Below the pieces are notes generated by a model. The model saw only the letters and a list, made by a program, of their open reading frames with translations, was not told the origin of the DNA and made no database searches. Shown one piece after another: positions 1 to 7,051 of a DNA stretch of 32,574 nt. The position numbers and the translations under genes were made by a program. The stretch comes from a virus (taxonomy: Duplodnaviria; Caudoviricetes), in the IMG/VR virus record IMGVR_UViG_3300030708_001735, positions 1 to 32,574 of that record. One strand, written 5' to 3'. Position 1 is the stretch's first letter, and every line of letters starts with the position of its first letter.

Positions 1-169
1 TAAAAGTATCAGAAAAAGGGGGTGGGGGCAACCCAATGAAAATACCTCCAAATAAATTTATCAAACTAGCATTTTATGTGTGTACTATGCAAAGGCCCGC
101 CCGATTTCGGGGGTATGGCCTAAAATATTTTATAAATGTCATAATGAAAATGGCAAAGTTACCCGCAAT

Positions 170-203
170 AAAAAAGGCGGGAAATAATCCCGCCTTAATT
201 TTT
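170..203. terminator. Intrinsic terminator, probably bidirectional, ending the leftward early operon
   Basis: Stem AAGGCGGGA (174-182), loop AATAA, TCCCGCCTT (188-196). A-run on the left (U-tract for the minus strand) and T-run on the right; just downstream of the ORF ending at 219. Confidence 0.8.
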
Positions 204-218
204 CTACGATCGTAAAGT

Positions 219-482
219 TTAATCGTGATAAGTTTTGAACCAGTCTTTTTCTGCATTAATTAAATGGCCATATTTAAGAATGTCATTCTTATACATATCT
301 CCATATTCCCAGCTATCATAAGTCATCGGAGATTTTGCCGCAGTAAACCAAATATCATATTGGCTAGTTTCATTACTAGCCATTTTATATGTCTTAAGTA
401 TTCTATAAGTAATACTACCAGCCTGATATTCTGCGTATGGTTTATCTAAGTTTCTGGTTTTACCAAATAAGTTTTTAGTCAT
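219..482 (-). CDS. Phage hypothetical protein (87 aa)
   Basis: GGAGG SD upstream; TAATG coupling to the previous ORF; NLFGKTR..DKPYA..ILKTY..KSPMTY.SWEYGD pattern recalled from phage early proteins. Confidence 0.75.
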   Translation of the reverse strand: MTKNLFGKTRNLDKPYAEYQAGSITYRILKTYKMASNETSQYDIWFTAAKSPMTYDSWEYGDMYKNDILKYGHLINAEKDWFKTYHD

Positions 483-652
483 TATTTAACCTCCATTACT
501 GGCCATATATGTAATAGTTTAATTTCAAAAGGCATTGAATGCAGAAAATAACTTACTGCATCCCTTGCCTCTTGTTCATTTTCTGCATCGATCGAATAAA
601 ATAATTTTCCGTCTACGCCTTCTATAGTTATTTCAAATTTATATTCTTTCAT
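482..652 (-). CDS. Hypothetical protein (56 aa, MKEYKFEITIEG...WPVMEVK), not in the ORF track
   Basis: Translated by hand. GGAG SD at 661-664 (minus); exactly fills the gap between neighbours, with TAATG overlap. Confidence 0.75.
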   Translation of the reverse strand: MKEYKFEITIEGVDGKLFYSIDAENEQEARDAVSYFLHSMPFEIKLLHIWPVMEVK

Positions 653-653
653 T

Positions 654-932
654 TTATTTACTCCATATAGTTTTAGTTATTTCATATTCGTAAGCAGGTA
701 CTTTCCTATATTGGCCAGTACCTACCTTTTCAACAATGCCTTTATTTTCTGCATTCTTAAAATGAGATTTTTTTAAGCTGTTGAATTTATTAAAAACCTT
801 ACTAATTAAAGTATGGTTTTTCTCATTAAGTGGAATGTTTTCCACGTTAATACTTTCAATAGTTTTCACCAATTGAGATAGTGAAACTTTTTTAGTCTTA
901 TATTTAGTAATAGTTATTACTTTATTTTCCAT
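654..932 (-). CDS. Basic hypothetical protein, first gene of the leftward early operon; possibly DNA-binding
   Basis: GGAG SD; Lys-rich; GIVEKVGTGQYR resembles a winged-helix wing (weak inference). Confidence 0.7.
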   Translation of the reverse strand: MENKVITITKYKTKKVSLSQLVKTIESINVENIPLNEKNHTLISKVFNKFNSLKKSHFKNAENKGIVEKVGTGQYRKVPAYEYEITKTIWSK

Positions 933-958
933 AATGTTTTACTCCATTGTAATTGTCT

Positions 959-980
959 TATGTAGTCTTAAGACTACATA
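959..980. promoter_or_regulatory. 22-bp perfect palindrome, operator-like
   Basis: TATGTAGTCTTAAGACTACATA is its own reverse complement. It carries two copies of a motif that recurs at the other early promoters. Confidence 0.7.
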
Positions 981-1014
981 GGAAATAAGGCATAAATAAG
1001 GCAAGTTATAACTT

Positions 1015-1046
1015 TTTTATAGCTGGTTTTTATAGCTGGTTTTTAT
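1015..1046. repeat. 13-bp tandem repeat (TTTTATAGCTGGT, about 2.5 copies)
   Basis: Read directly; a 14-bp palindrome ATAGCTGCAGCTAT follows at 1099-1112. Confidence 0.75.
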
Positions 1047-1118
1047 TTCCAGCAGCTTAAATTATTAATAATATATTGATTATATATGTTAGTTATATAT
1101 AGCTGCAGCTATCCAAGG

Positions 1119-1269
1119 CCCGAAATCCCGAAATCCCGAAATCCCGAAATTTTAAGGCCTGGGGCCTGGTGTAATTTTAAAGAATATATTATTATATTAC
1201 ATTATATTATATTTAGGCCTGGCACCCGAAACCCGAACCCGAACCCGAATCCGAACCCGAACCCGAAAT
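1119..1269 (+). repeat. Two CCCGAA arrays flanking an AT-rich core
   Basis: CCCGAAAT x4 (1119-1150) and seven (C/T)CCGAA units (1225-1267). The AT-rich core at about 1172-1214 is bracketed by AGGCCTGG on both sides. Confidence 0.9.
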
Positions 1270-1285
1270 AAATATTATTAAAAGT

Positions 1286-1314
1286 TTGCATTATATAACA
1301 ATATCGATTAGACT
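1286..1314 (+). promoter_or_regulatory. sigma70-like promoter of early operon 2
   Basis: TTGCAT-17 bp-TAGACT; predicted start near 1321 (GACAATTACATGAGG). Confidence 0.6.
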
Positions 1315-1343
1315 ATATAGGACAATTACATGAGGTATTTAAA

Positions 1344-2009
1344 ATGCTAACAACTACAAAATATAAAAAATCTATTCATGATTTAAATAATTATGATCAT
1401 GACATAGTCAAAAATAGTACAAATATTAAAATTGGAAAAAAAGTAACTAAAGGCCAATATTTAAATTACTTGTTTAAAACTGTTACTTTAATTGAGCGGG
1501 AAACATGCCCGCCTGATTGCGTGCATTGGAATGATTGCTATGGCAATAATATGCCATTCGCACATCGTATTAGTCATAAAGATCAAAATTTATTACAAAA
1601 AAGAATTTATAACGAATTATTAAATTCAACTAATAAATTATTATTAATTCGCTTGCACGTCCTGGGCGATTTTTTCAATGTTAAATATGTTAAATTCTGG
1701 TCTATAATGTTAAATACATTCAAGAATATTGCTATTTATGGGTATACAGCAAATAATATTAATTCAAATTTTAAAATTTCCAGGGATATTGCAAAGGCCA
1801 TTATTAAACTAAATTATAATAAACATTCACATATAAGATTTAGTAATGATTTAACAAATAATTTTTCCGCAAATTCTTATGACATAGTAAAACCAATAAA
1901 AGGTAAATCTATATTGTGTCCAGTACAAGAAAATAAAACCGCAAATTGTGGAACATGCGGTTTATGTTGGAATCAAAAAAATCAATCAATAATATTTAAA
2001 ACTCATTAA
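1344..2009 (+). CDS. Gp88-like Cys-rich phage protein (possible Fe-S / radical-SAM-like)
   Basis: TCPPDC.....CYG, IRLHVLGDFF, YGYT, IRFS, CP.Q.....CGTCGLCW and terminal F..H motifs. Confidence 0.65.
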   Translation: MLTTTKYKKSIHDLNNYDHDIVKNSTNIKIGKKVTKGQYLNYLFKTVTLIERETCPPDCVHWNDCYGNNMPFAHRISHKDQNLLQKRIYNELLNSTNKLLLIRLHVLGDFFNVKYVKFWSIMLNTFKNIAIYGYTANNINSNFKISRDIAKAIIKLNYNKHSHIRFSNDLTNNFSANSYDIVKPIKGKSILCPVQENKTANCGTCGLCWNQKNQSIIFKTH

Positions 2010-2023
2010 AGAAAGGTAAAACA

Positions 2024-2227
2024 ATGGCATTTACTAATTACAAATATAAAAAAATGACATTTAAGGACGCAGAACAAATTATTGCAAATGTTGTAGAATC
2101 TGCTTTTTTAAATGCCAGGGATATTGACGAAGAAGAGGCCAAGGAAATTGACCAGGCCTCGGAAATTTATTTTGAGAAAGTAAACAATCTTTTAAATAAG
2201 GAAATAGACAATGACAAAACCAAGTAA
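2024..2227 (+). CDS. Hypothetical protein
   Basis: AAGG SD; operon position. Confidence 0.7.
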   Translation: MAFTNYKYKKMTFKDAEQIIANVVESAFLNARDIDEEEAKEIDQASEIYFEKVNNLLNKEIDNDKTK

Positions 2228-2465
2228 AAAAGATTTAGAACAAATTAAAACAGCGTTAGAAGATAACGCTGCAGATATTACTGTTCATGAATTATTTGAT
2301 CGGGTTATTAATGATTGGAAACTTACAAATTTATTTCCTCATGATAACCCCGAACAAGGCGACAAAGATTTATTAGAAAAAATTTATGTTGAATATCTTA
2401 TGAAAGATTTAAGTAAACTATCAAAAGAAGAATTAATTGCTGAAAGGTGGATATATGAAGAATAA
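2211..2465 (+). CDS. Hypothetical protein
   Basis: AAGGA SD; overlaps its neighbours. Confidence 0.7.
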   Translation: MTKPSKKDLEQIKTALEDNAADITVHELFDRVINDWKLTNLFPHDNPEQGDKDLLEKIYVEYLMKDLSKLSKEELIAERWIYEE

Positions 2466-2679
2466 ATTAGGTGAAGACATTTTAACAGATGAAGAAATAG
2501 AAGAGTTAAAAGAATTAGGAAAGGCAATCGAGGGTACCCTGGTGTTTGGTGATCCTGGCGGGGATGGATACCCAAGCAGAACAAATAGATTTGAATTATT
2601 AAAAATGTTTAAAAGATATTTAGAAATTCATGATTATAAAATAGTTAAAGATAAACCACCTTATGATATGTTAGAATAG
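2455..2679 (+). CDS. Hypothetical protein
   Basis: Start moved to ATG 2455 after AAGGTGG; ends at the terminator. Confidence 0.65.
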   Translation: MKNKLGEDILTDEEIEELKELGKAIEGTLVFGDPGGDGYPSRTNRFELLKMFKRYLEIHDYKIVKDKPPYDMLE

Positions 2680-2697
2680 GCCTCAGGCCTATTTTTT
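2675..2697 (+). terminator. Intrinsic terminator
   Basis: AATAGGCC-TCA-GGCCTATT followed by a T-run, between convergent genes. Confidence 0.7.
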
Positions 2698-2710
2698 ATT
2701 ATTCCAACAT

Positions 2711-3145
2711 TCATTGTCCATTATCATTATGAGCTAGTGTTATTGATTCCAGGTGCTTGATCCCCGACTCCCGAATCGCCCCGAAAATGTCCCCGAATCC
2801 CGAACCCGAAACCTTGATTATAGGCTCCATGGTTAGTCCATCTACGGCCAATTGCCGAGCATCCTCGCCCCGAAATAAAAATAGGCTACCCTCCCCGACC
2901 CGTTGAACCAAGATGTACGATAACCCTTTTTTGAGCCAATGCTTAGTATTCCAGGCTATTTGATTTGAAGATAACTTGATTTTGTTAGCCTTGGTTATCT
3001 TAAGTTCTAGCCAAAAAGCTAGTCCATCCCATATAATATAGACATCAGGCACACCACTAGCTATTCGATTTTCAATTCTTGTAGCATAACAATCGTTAGG
3101 TAAATTTTTTTTAACTCTTAGCCAAAGATTTTTTTCGGTCGTCAT
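2711..3145 (-). CDS. PD-(D/E)XK nuclease, VRR-NUC / Holliday-junction-resolvase-like
   Basis: E..LW...K, RIEN....GVPDV, WLELK and LSSNQIAW motifs. Start reassigned to MTTEKNLW (3145), overlapping the end of terS. Confidence 0.8.
   Translation of the reverse strand: MTTEKNLWLRVKKNLPNDCYATRIENRIASGVPDVYIIWDGLAFWLELKITKANKIKLSSNQIAWNTKHWLKKGLSYILVQRVGEGSLFLFRGEDARQLAVDGLTMEPIIKVSGSGFGDIFGAIRESGIKHLESITLAHNDNGQ
2763..2810 (+). repeat. CCCGAA cluster embedded in coding sequence
   Basis: Five CCCGAA and one CCCGAC in 48 bp, on the same strand as the arrays at 1119-1269. Confidence 0.8.
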
Positions 3146-3632
3146 CTGTAACTGTTTTATAATCGCCCTCGATAAACACCTGGGGATATTGTTTTTGTAA
3201 ATCAACAAGTCGAGCTACAATCTCATCCCTGGACAAGTTATCAAGAGTATGGACATTTTCTCTTCGATCAGTAGTCAAACCACCTAATGCACTTCGAATT
3301 TTTTCTGCATTGACGGATGCACTATATTGACCTTGTTGCTCTGCTCCATGACTTAATTCATGAAACCTTTTAAGCTGACCCATCAATGTGACACCATATT
3401 TTCTTTCTCGTAGTTGTCTTAACTCTTCAATATATTCGACAACATGAGGATATTCTCTTGCATTTAACATCCTGGATGCATGAACTTTAGCAGATCTTTC
3501 ATTGTATCCGCTACGAATAGCACATTCTTTATTGGTATAAATGCCCTCGACATATAGCTCTGCAAAGGTTTTCTGTCTGTTGGTCAAAAGTCTGTTATGA
3601 TTTTTTTCAATTTTAAGAATAGTTTTCTGCAT
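3111..3632 (-). CDS. terS: Terminase small subunit
   Basis: LTNRQKTFAELY...ECAIRSGY..RSAKVHASRML...P.V..YI.EL, the typical N-terminal HTH of TerS. Confidence 0.85.
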   Translation of the reverse strand: MQKTILKIEKNHNRLLTNRQKTFAELYVEGIYTNKECAIRSGYNERSAKVHASRMLNAREYPHVVEYIEELRQLRERKYGVTLMGQLKRFHELSHGAEQQGQYSASVNAEKIRSALGGLTTDRRENVHTLDNLSRDEIVARLVDLQKQYPQVFIEGDYKTVTDDDRKKSLAKS

Positions 3633-3703
3633 GAGTTTATTTATAGAATAATTTTGAAAGATTTGTAAAACAAAAAAAACAAAAACGTCATTGCGTCACA
3701 TTG

Positions 3704-3858
3704 AAGTGTTATAAACGTTATAAATTAAGAGAGAAGTGTTATATAAATATTTGACTGTATATATACGTTATAGATTAATTTGTAACACTTATAACACTTA
3801 TAACACTTAATTTGAAACTTTTTTTATAAAAGTGAAATCTTTCTGAGTAGTGTTATAA
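3704..3858. repeat. Cluster of direct and inverted (AAGT)GTTATA repeats upstream of terS
   Basis: AAGTGTTATA at 3704 and 3734; ACGTTATA at 3715 and 3765; inverted TAACACTTA x3 in tandem (3783-3809); AGTGTTATAA at 3849. Confidence 0.85.
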
Positions 3859-3877
3859 GTAACTCAAATATTATTAC

Positions 3878-3906
3878 TTGTGTCCTATGTAGTATTATGG
3901 TAGGTT
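3878..3906 (+). promoter_or_regulatory. sigma70-like promoter of early operon 3
   Basis: TTGTGT-17 bp-TAGGTT with extended TGn; the operator-like GTCCTATGTAGT (3882-3893) overlaps the -35 end and the spacer. Confidence 0.55.
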
Positions 3907-3935
3907 TAATTAAATTTAACCACATGGAGATTAAT

Positions 3936-4238
3936 ATGACGTTTTACTCTACACATCCATCAATTAATATTGATGTTAAAATTCCTGGAGATTGGGATAA
4001 CATATCTTATCATCATGATATTTGTCCTAGTTTCAAGGTCAAAGATTTACAGATCTTTGTTATGGATGATCAGACTCGTGACGAAGAAGAATTTGATCAC
4101 AAATATACGATTATGTCTGAAGAGAATTATGGCGATGACAAACCGCCTTTTCTAGCTACAAATTCCTGGGACGAAGTATTAACATTCGTATCTTTATATA
4201 AATCTTTAACTAAGGGGAAAGACAATGCAGATAAATAA
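3936..4238 (+). CDS. Hypothetical protein
   Basis: Start moved to ATG 3936 after GGAG; W.NISYHHD.CPSF motif. Confidence 0.75.
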   Translation: MTFYSTHPSINIDVKIPGDWDNISYHHDICPSFKVKDLQIFVMDDQTRDEEEFDHKYTIMSEENYGDDKPPFLATNSWDEVLTFVSLYKSLTKGKDNADK

Positions 4239-4743
4239 ATTAGAACTTAAAAACATTACTTACTATAAACAAGGATCTGAAGAAACACCTTGTTATAATG
4301 CAGTTGTTTATGTGAATGGTAAAAAGGCCATGCATGTAGGCAATGATGGTCGAGGTGGATGTGATCGTCAACTTCATGAATATCCTACTTTTGATCATAC
4401 ATTAATTAATAAACTAAATGAGTATTGTGTTAAGACATTTGGTGTTAGAAAATATGATTGGGGTCAAGTTGACATTGATCTTGAACATTGGTGCCATGAT
4501 AGACTATACGAATTTCTTGATAAAAAAATACTTAAGAAAGAACTTCAGAAAAAATATCTTTGTGTCATGCAAGACGATTATAAGGACGAAAGATTTTTAG
4601 TTTCCTGGAAAAGAAGAGGTAAGGATTTTGATGAATCTTTTCAAAAGTATTTAGTTGCTAAGGAGCCTGACCTGGTAGGTAAATGTTTAAACTTTTTACC
4701 ATTCGATAAGGCCTGGAAAATTTATGAAGAGGTAACATCATGA
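4225..4743 (+). CDS. Phage hypothetical protein
   Basis: LKNI.....SEET.C..A..YVNGK.....NDG.GG pattern recalled from phage early proteins; AAGGGG SD. Confidence 0.8.
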   Translation: MQINKLELKNITYYKQGSEETPCYNAVVYVNGKKAMHVGNDGRGGCDRQLHEYPTFDHTLINKLNEYCVKTFGVRKYDWGQVDIDLEHWCHDRLYEFLDKKILKKELQKKYLCVMQDDYKDERFLVSWKRRGKDFDESFQKYLVAKEPDLVGKCLNFLPFDKAWKIYEEVTS

Positions 4744-4931
4744 AAGAGATAGACTATTATTACTATGACCATGTTTATGGAGAGGGTGGCCGTTTAGGAA
4801 ATTTTGGAAAGTTGATGGATTTTATCGACAATGCTTATGACAAAGATAGACACACGATTCAAGATTCCTGGGAAAGTCACATACAAGTTTGCGAAGAAAA
4901 TGATAATCCAATTGAAGAGGTAACATTATGA
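4740..4931 (+). CDS. Acidic hypothetical protein
   Basis: GAGG SD; ATGA coupling. Confidence 0.7.
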   Translation: MKEIDYYYYDHVYGEGGRLGNFGKLMDFIDNAYDKDRHTIQDSWESHIQVCEENDNPIEEVTL

Positions 4932-5122
4932 ATAGAATAGATAAATTAGTTGAGATTTATAATAAGTGGGGACATGCTAATGGCATCTCCCCATTGCCTA
5001 GTGCCGATGATCTAAGGTTCGATGGTCTAAATGGTCGCAGAAATTTGACCAACATACAAATTCAATGGCTCGACAGATTCTGCCGAGCTTGGGACATAAC
5101 TCAATGCAGAGGGGATAAGTAA
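4928..5122 (+). CDS. Hypothetical protein
   Basis: GAGG SD; ATGA coupling. Confidence 0.7.
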   Translation: MNRIDKLVEIYNKWGHANGISPLPSADDLRFDGLNGRRNLTNIQIQWLDRFCRAWDITQCRGDK

Positions 5123-5265
5123 TGAAATATTTTATTTATGATTTTAATGGAGTTTTATTATTTAAAAAAGGTTTTAACACTTATCAACAAGCATTTGATT
5201 TTTGTTTAGATAAATTCAAATTCGATGAAGAAATGGATGAGATAATAATCAAAGGAGAAAAGTAA
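5122..5265 (+). CDS. Hypothetical protein (47 aa, MKYFIYDFNG...IIKGEK), not in the ORF track
   Basis: GAGGGG SD; TAATG overlaps at both ends. Confidence 0.7.
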   Translation: MKYFIYDFNGVLLFKKGFNTYQQAFDFCLDKFKFDEEMDEIIIKGEK

Positions 5266-5480
5266 TGGGTAAAGTAAAGCAAATGATGATGGATCAAGAA
5301 GTTGAGTTTTGGGACAAGGCCTTATCAACTATGTTGGAATCCGAAACTCGAAACGAATTTGTATCAAAGATGATGCCACACTTTCATTTAATGCGACCGA
5401 TGTCAGATCAAGATATCATGGGAGAATTGTCTGATGGCTGGGATGATCATCAATCTAATTATGCAGAGGAGAATAAATAA
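5265..5480 (+). CDS. Hypothetical protein
   Basis: AGGAG SD; TAATG coupling. Confidence 0.75.
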   Translation: MGKVKQMMMDQEVEFWDKALSTMLESETRNEFVSKMMPHFHLMRPMSDQDIMGELSDGWDDHQSNYAEENK

Positions 5481-5761
5481 TGAAGTATTATCATGCAACT
5501 ATAGAAGAGCATCATGGAGAATTTGTTACTCATGAATCAATATTGATTGCTACTGAAAAAGATGGTTATCAAAGACATGAAGAGATTACTAAAGATTGGT
5601 ATGGTATAGACGTTGATGAAGACCCTGACAAAAAGGGTGTTTATTGGAATGATTGCATGACCTATCAAAGTGGTTATTTTAGTGAAATTTCTAAAAAATG
5701 TTTTGAAGAGTTAAACAAAAAAACCTCTATTACGGCTTTCTTTGATGAAGAGGAGAGTTGA
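5480..5761 (+). CDS. Acidic hypothetical protein
   Basis: GAGGAG SD; TAATG coupling. Confidence 0.75.
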   Translation: MKYYHATIEEHHGEFVTHESILIATEKDGYQRHEEITKDWYGIDVDEDPDKKGVYWNDCMTYQSGYFSEISKKCFEELNKKTSITAFFDEEES

Positions 5762-5970
5762 TAATGTTGACAATCAGAAGATTAATTAATGAATTAAAAG
5801 ATTATCCAAGTGATACAAGAATAGATTTTATACTCCTGAATAAAAATTGGGAAGATAGCACTAAGGATACTTATTTAAATGTTAAAGGTGTCGTAGGTAG
5901 TGGCGAAGCTGAAGACGGAAGAGAATACGTTGAATTAGGATTAATGTTGTTTAAGGAGAATAAAAGATGA
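5758..5970 (+). CDS. Hypothetical protein
   Basis: GAGGAG SD; start is either TTG 5758 or ATG 5764. Confidence 0.7.
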   Translation: MIMLTIRRLINELKDYPSDTRIDFILLNKNWEDSTKDTYLNVKGVVGSGEAEDGREYVELGLMLFKENKR

Positions 5971-6122
5971 AAAACACCTGGGCATATATTTATGGGGATG
6001 AATGTGATGATTTATGGGATCATTTCGGAATGTCAGATCGTAACAATAATGATCGTATGAAAATTAAGTTTGTTGAGTTTGAATCTGAAGAGGAGCAAAA
6101 GGAGAATCATAATGAAACTTGA
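5967..6122 (+). CDS. Hypothetical protein (51 aa, MKNTWAYIYG...ENHNET), not in the ORF track
   Basis: AGGAG SD; ATGA coupling; translated by hand. Confidence 0.7.
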   Translation: MKNTWAYIYGDECDDLWDHFGMSDRNNNDRMKIKFVEFESEEEQKENHNET

Positions 6123-6393
6123 TGAGTTATGGCAAAAGCCTGATTTTAGAAAAGTAGCACTTAAATACTATCATAAATATTTGAAAGACAGAATCCAGGC
6201 TGACGATAGGCATGATACATGGGGGTCTTTTCAATATAAAAATTGGTGGTATGATTTGAATCTTTTTATCGATGAAGATGATTCTGCGGTTCGAGATTGT
6301 ATTTATAACGTAGAGATAAACAGTAATGGCGATCTACAAACGGGCGAAGATTATCTTGTAATAACTGAACCTGATGGAAAAATTATTACATGA
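6112..6393 (+). CDS. Hypothetical protein
   Basis: Start moved to ATG 6112 after AGGAG. Confidence 0.75.
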   Translation: MKLDELWQKPDFRKVALKYYHKYLKDRIQADDRHDTWGSFQYKNWWYDLNLFIDEDDSAVRDCIYNVEINSNGDLQTGEDYLVITEPDGKIIT

Positions 6394-6394
6394 C

Positions 6395-6423
6395 TTGACC
6401 AACAAATTTATAGTCAATATAAC
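6395..6423 (+). promoter_or_regulatory. sigma70-like promoter of the putative small RNA
   Basis: TTGACC-17 bp-TATAAC; also contains the inverted repeat TTGAC-N13-GTCAA. Confidence 0.55.
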
Positions 6424-6427
6424 TATT

Positions 6428-6515
6428 ACCATCTGCATATCTCCATGTAATTGTCAGTACATTATGCAGTTTTGGTTAGGAAAAAGAGCTAGGATAATTT
6501 CTTAGCTCTTTTTTT
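6428..6515 (+). ncRNA. Putative trans-acting antisense small RNA (~85 nt) targeting early-operon leaders
   Basis: Own promoter and terminator, and no credible plus-strand ORF. Stems CUGCAUA/UAUGCAG and AUGUA/UACAU. 10-15 nt complementarity to the leaders of the genes starting at 932(-), 1344, 3936 and 6611. Confidence 0.6.
6481..6515 (+). terminator. Strong intrinsic terminator, possibly bidirectional
   Basis: AAAAAGAGCTAGGA-TAATT-TCTTAGCTCTTTTTTT. Confidence 0.85.
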
Positions 6516-6524
6516 ATTTTCTTG

Positions 6525-6553
6525 TTGAAATTCATTTAAATAAATATTACATT
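6525..6553 (+). promoter_or_regulatory. sigma70-like promoter of early operon 4
   Basis: TTGAAA-17 bp-TACATT, followed by operator-like ACTACATGGGAC (6556-6567). Confidence 0.6.
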
Positions 6554-6610
6554 AAACTACATGGGACTAAACAATTAGTCTTTAACTAACCTAACCAAAA
6601 GGAGAAAATC

Positions 6611-7051
6611 ATGGGTTTAGATATGTACTTAGTCGGTCATCATTATCATACTGCTTATAAGGATGATACTCCAAGACCAAAATTAGATAATAAATATAAT
6701 ATAGAGTCGATGAAAATTGACCTGGGTTATTGGCGAAAGCATGCAGATCTGCATGGTTATATTGTGGATACCTTTGCTAATGGCGAGGATAACTGCATGG
6801 AAATAGATCTAACTGAAGCTGATTTAGATCAAATTATTTTAGCGATTCAAAATGATGATTTAAAAAAAGATCATTCGGGATTTTTCTTTGGTAATTCAAC
6901 CGAGTTTGGATATTATAAAAAGGAAGAAAAAGATCGTGCAATTGCATTATTTCAAAGAGCAAAAACCTTTTTGCAAGAGGGTGCTAAGATGTGGAAAGAT
7001 TCAGATTTATTTATGAATCCAAGGCATGTAACTTATAGAGCATCATGGTAA
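6611..7051 (+). CDS. Phage hypothetical protein (MGLDMY...YWRK family)
   Basis: MGLDMYL, YWRKHADLHGY, GFFFG and terminal Y.ASW motifs; AGGAG SD. Confidence 0.85.
   Translation: MGLDMYLVGHHYHTAYKDDTPRPKLDNKYNIESMKIDLGYWRKHADLHGYIVDTFANGEDNCMEIDLTEADLDQIILAIQNDDLKKDHSGFFFGNSTEFGYYKKEEKDRAIALFQRAKTFLQEGAKMWKDSDLFMNPRHVTYRASW

Noticed and set aside
18-28. GGGGGTGGGGG as a possible G-quadruplex
   Set aside because: Only two G-runs are visible and upstream context is missing.
74-256. 60-aa minus-strand ORF, and the plus-strand ORF 264-449
   Set aside because: The first runs through the terminator hairpin and the second is antisense to a well-supported gene; neither has a good SD.
1119-1269. Possible CRISPR array
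   Set aside because: Units are 6-8 bp with no unique spacers, and there are no cas genes.
1086-1271. 61-aa ORF ending in NP repeats
   Set aside because: A by-product of the stop-free CCCGAA arrays; no SD.
3146-3208. Longer N-termini from the ORF track (also 2437, 3897, 6070, 7847, 8016, 14675)
   Set aside because: Downstream ATGs have better SD sequences or overlaps.
6352-6438. 28-codon minus-strand ORF (MQMVIVILTINLLVKSC...) behind GGAG
   Set aside because: SD-ATG spacing is very short, there is no convincing -35, and it overlaps gene 6112-6393 in antisense. Kept only as the alternative to the small-RNA model.
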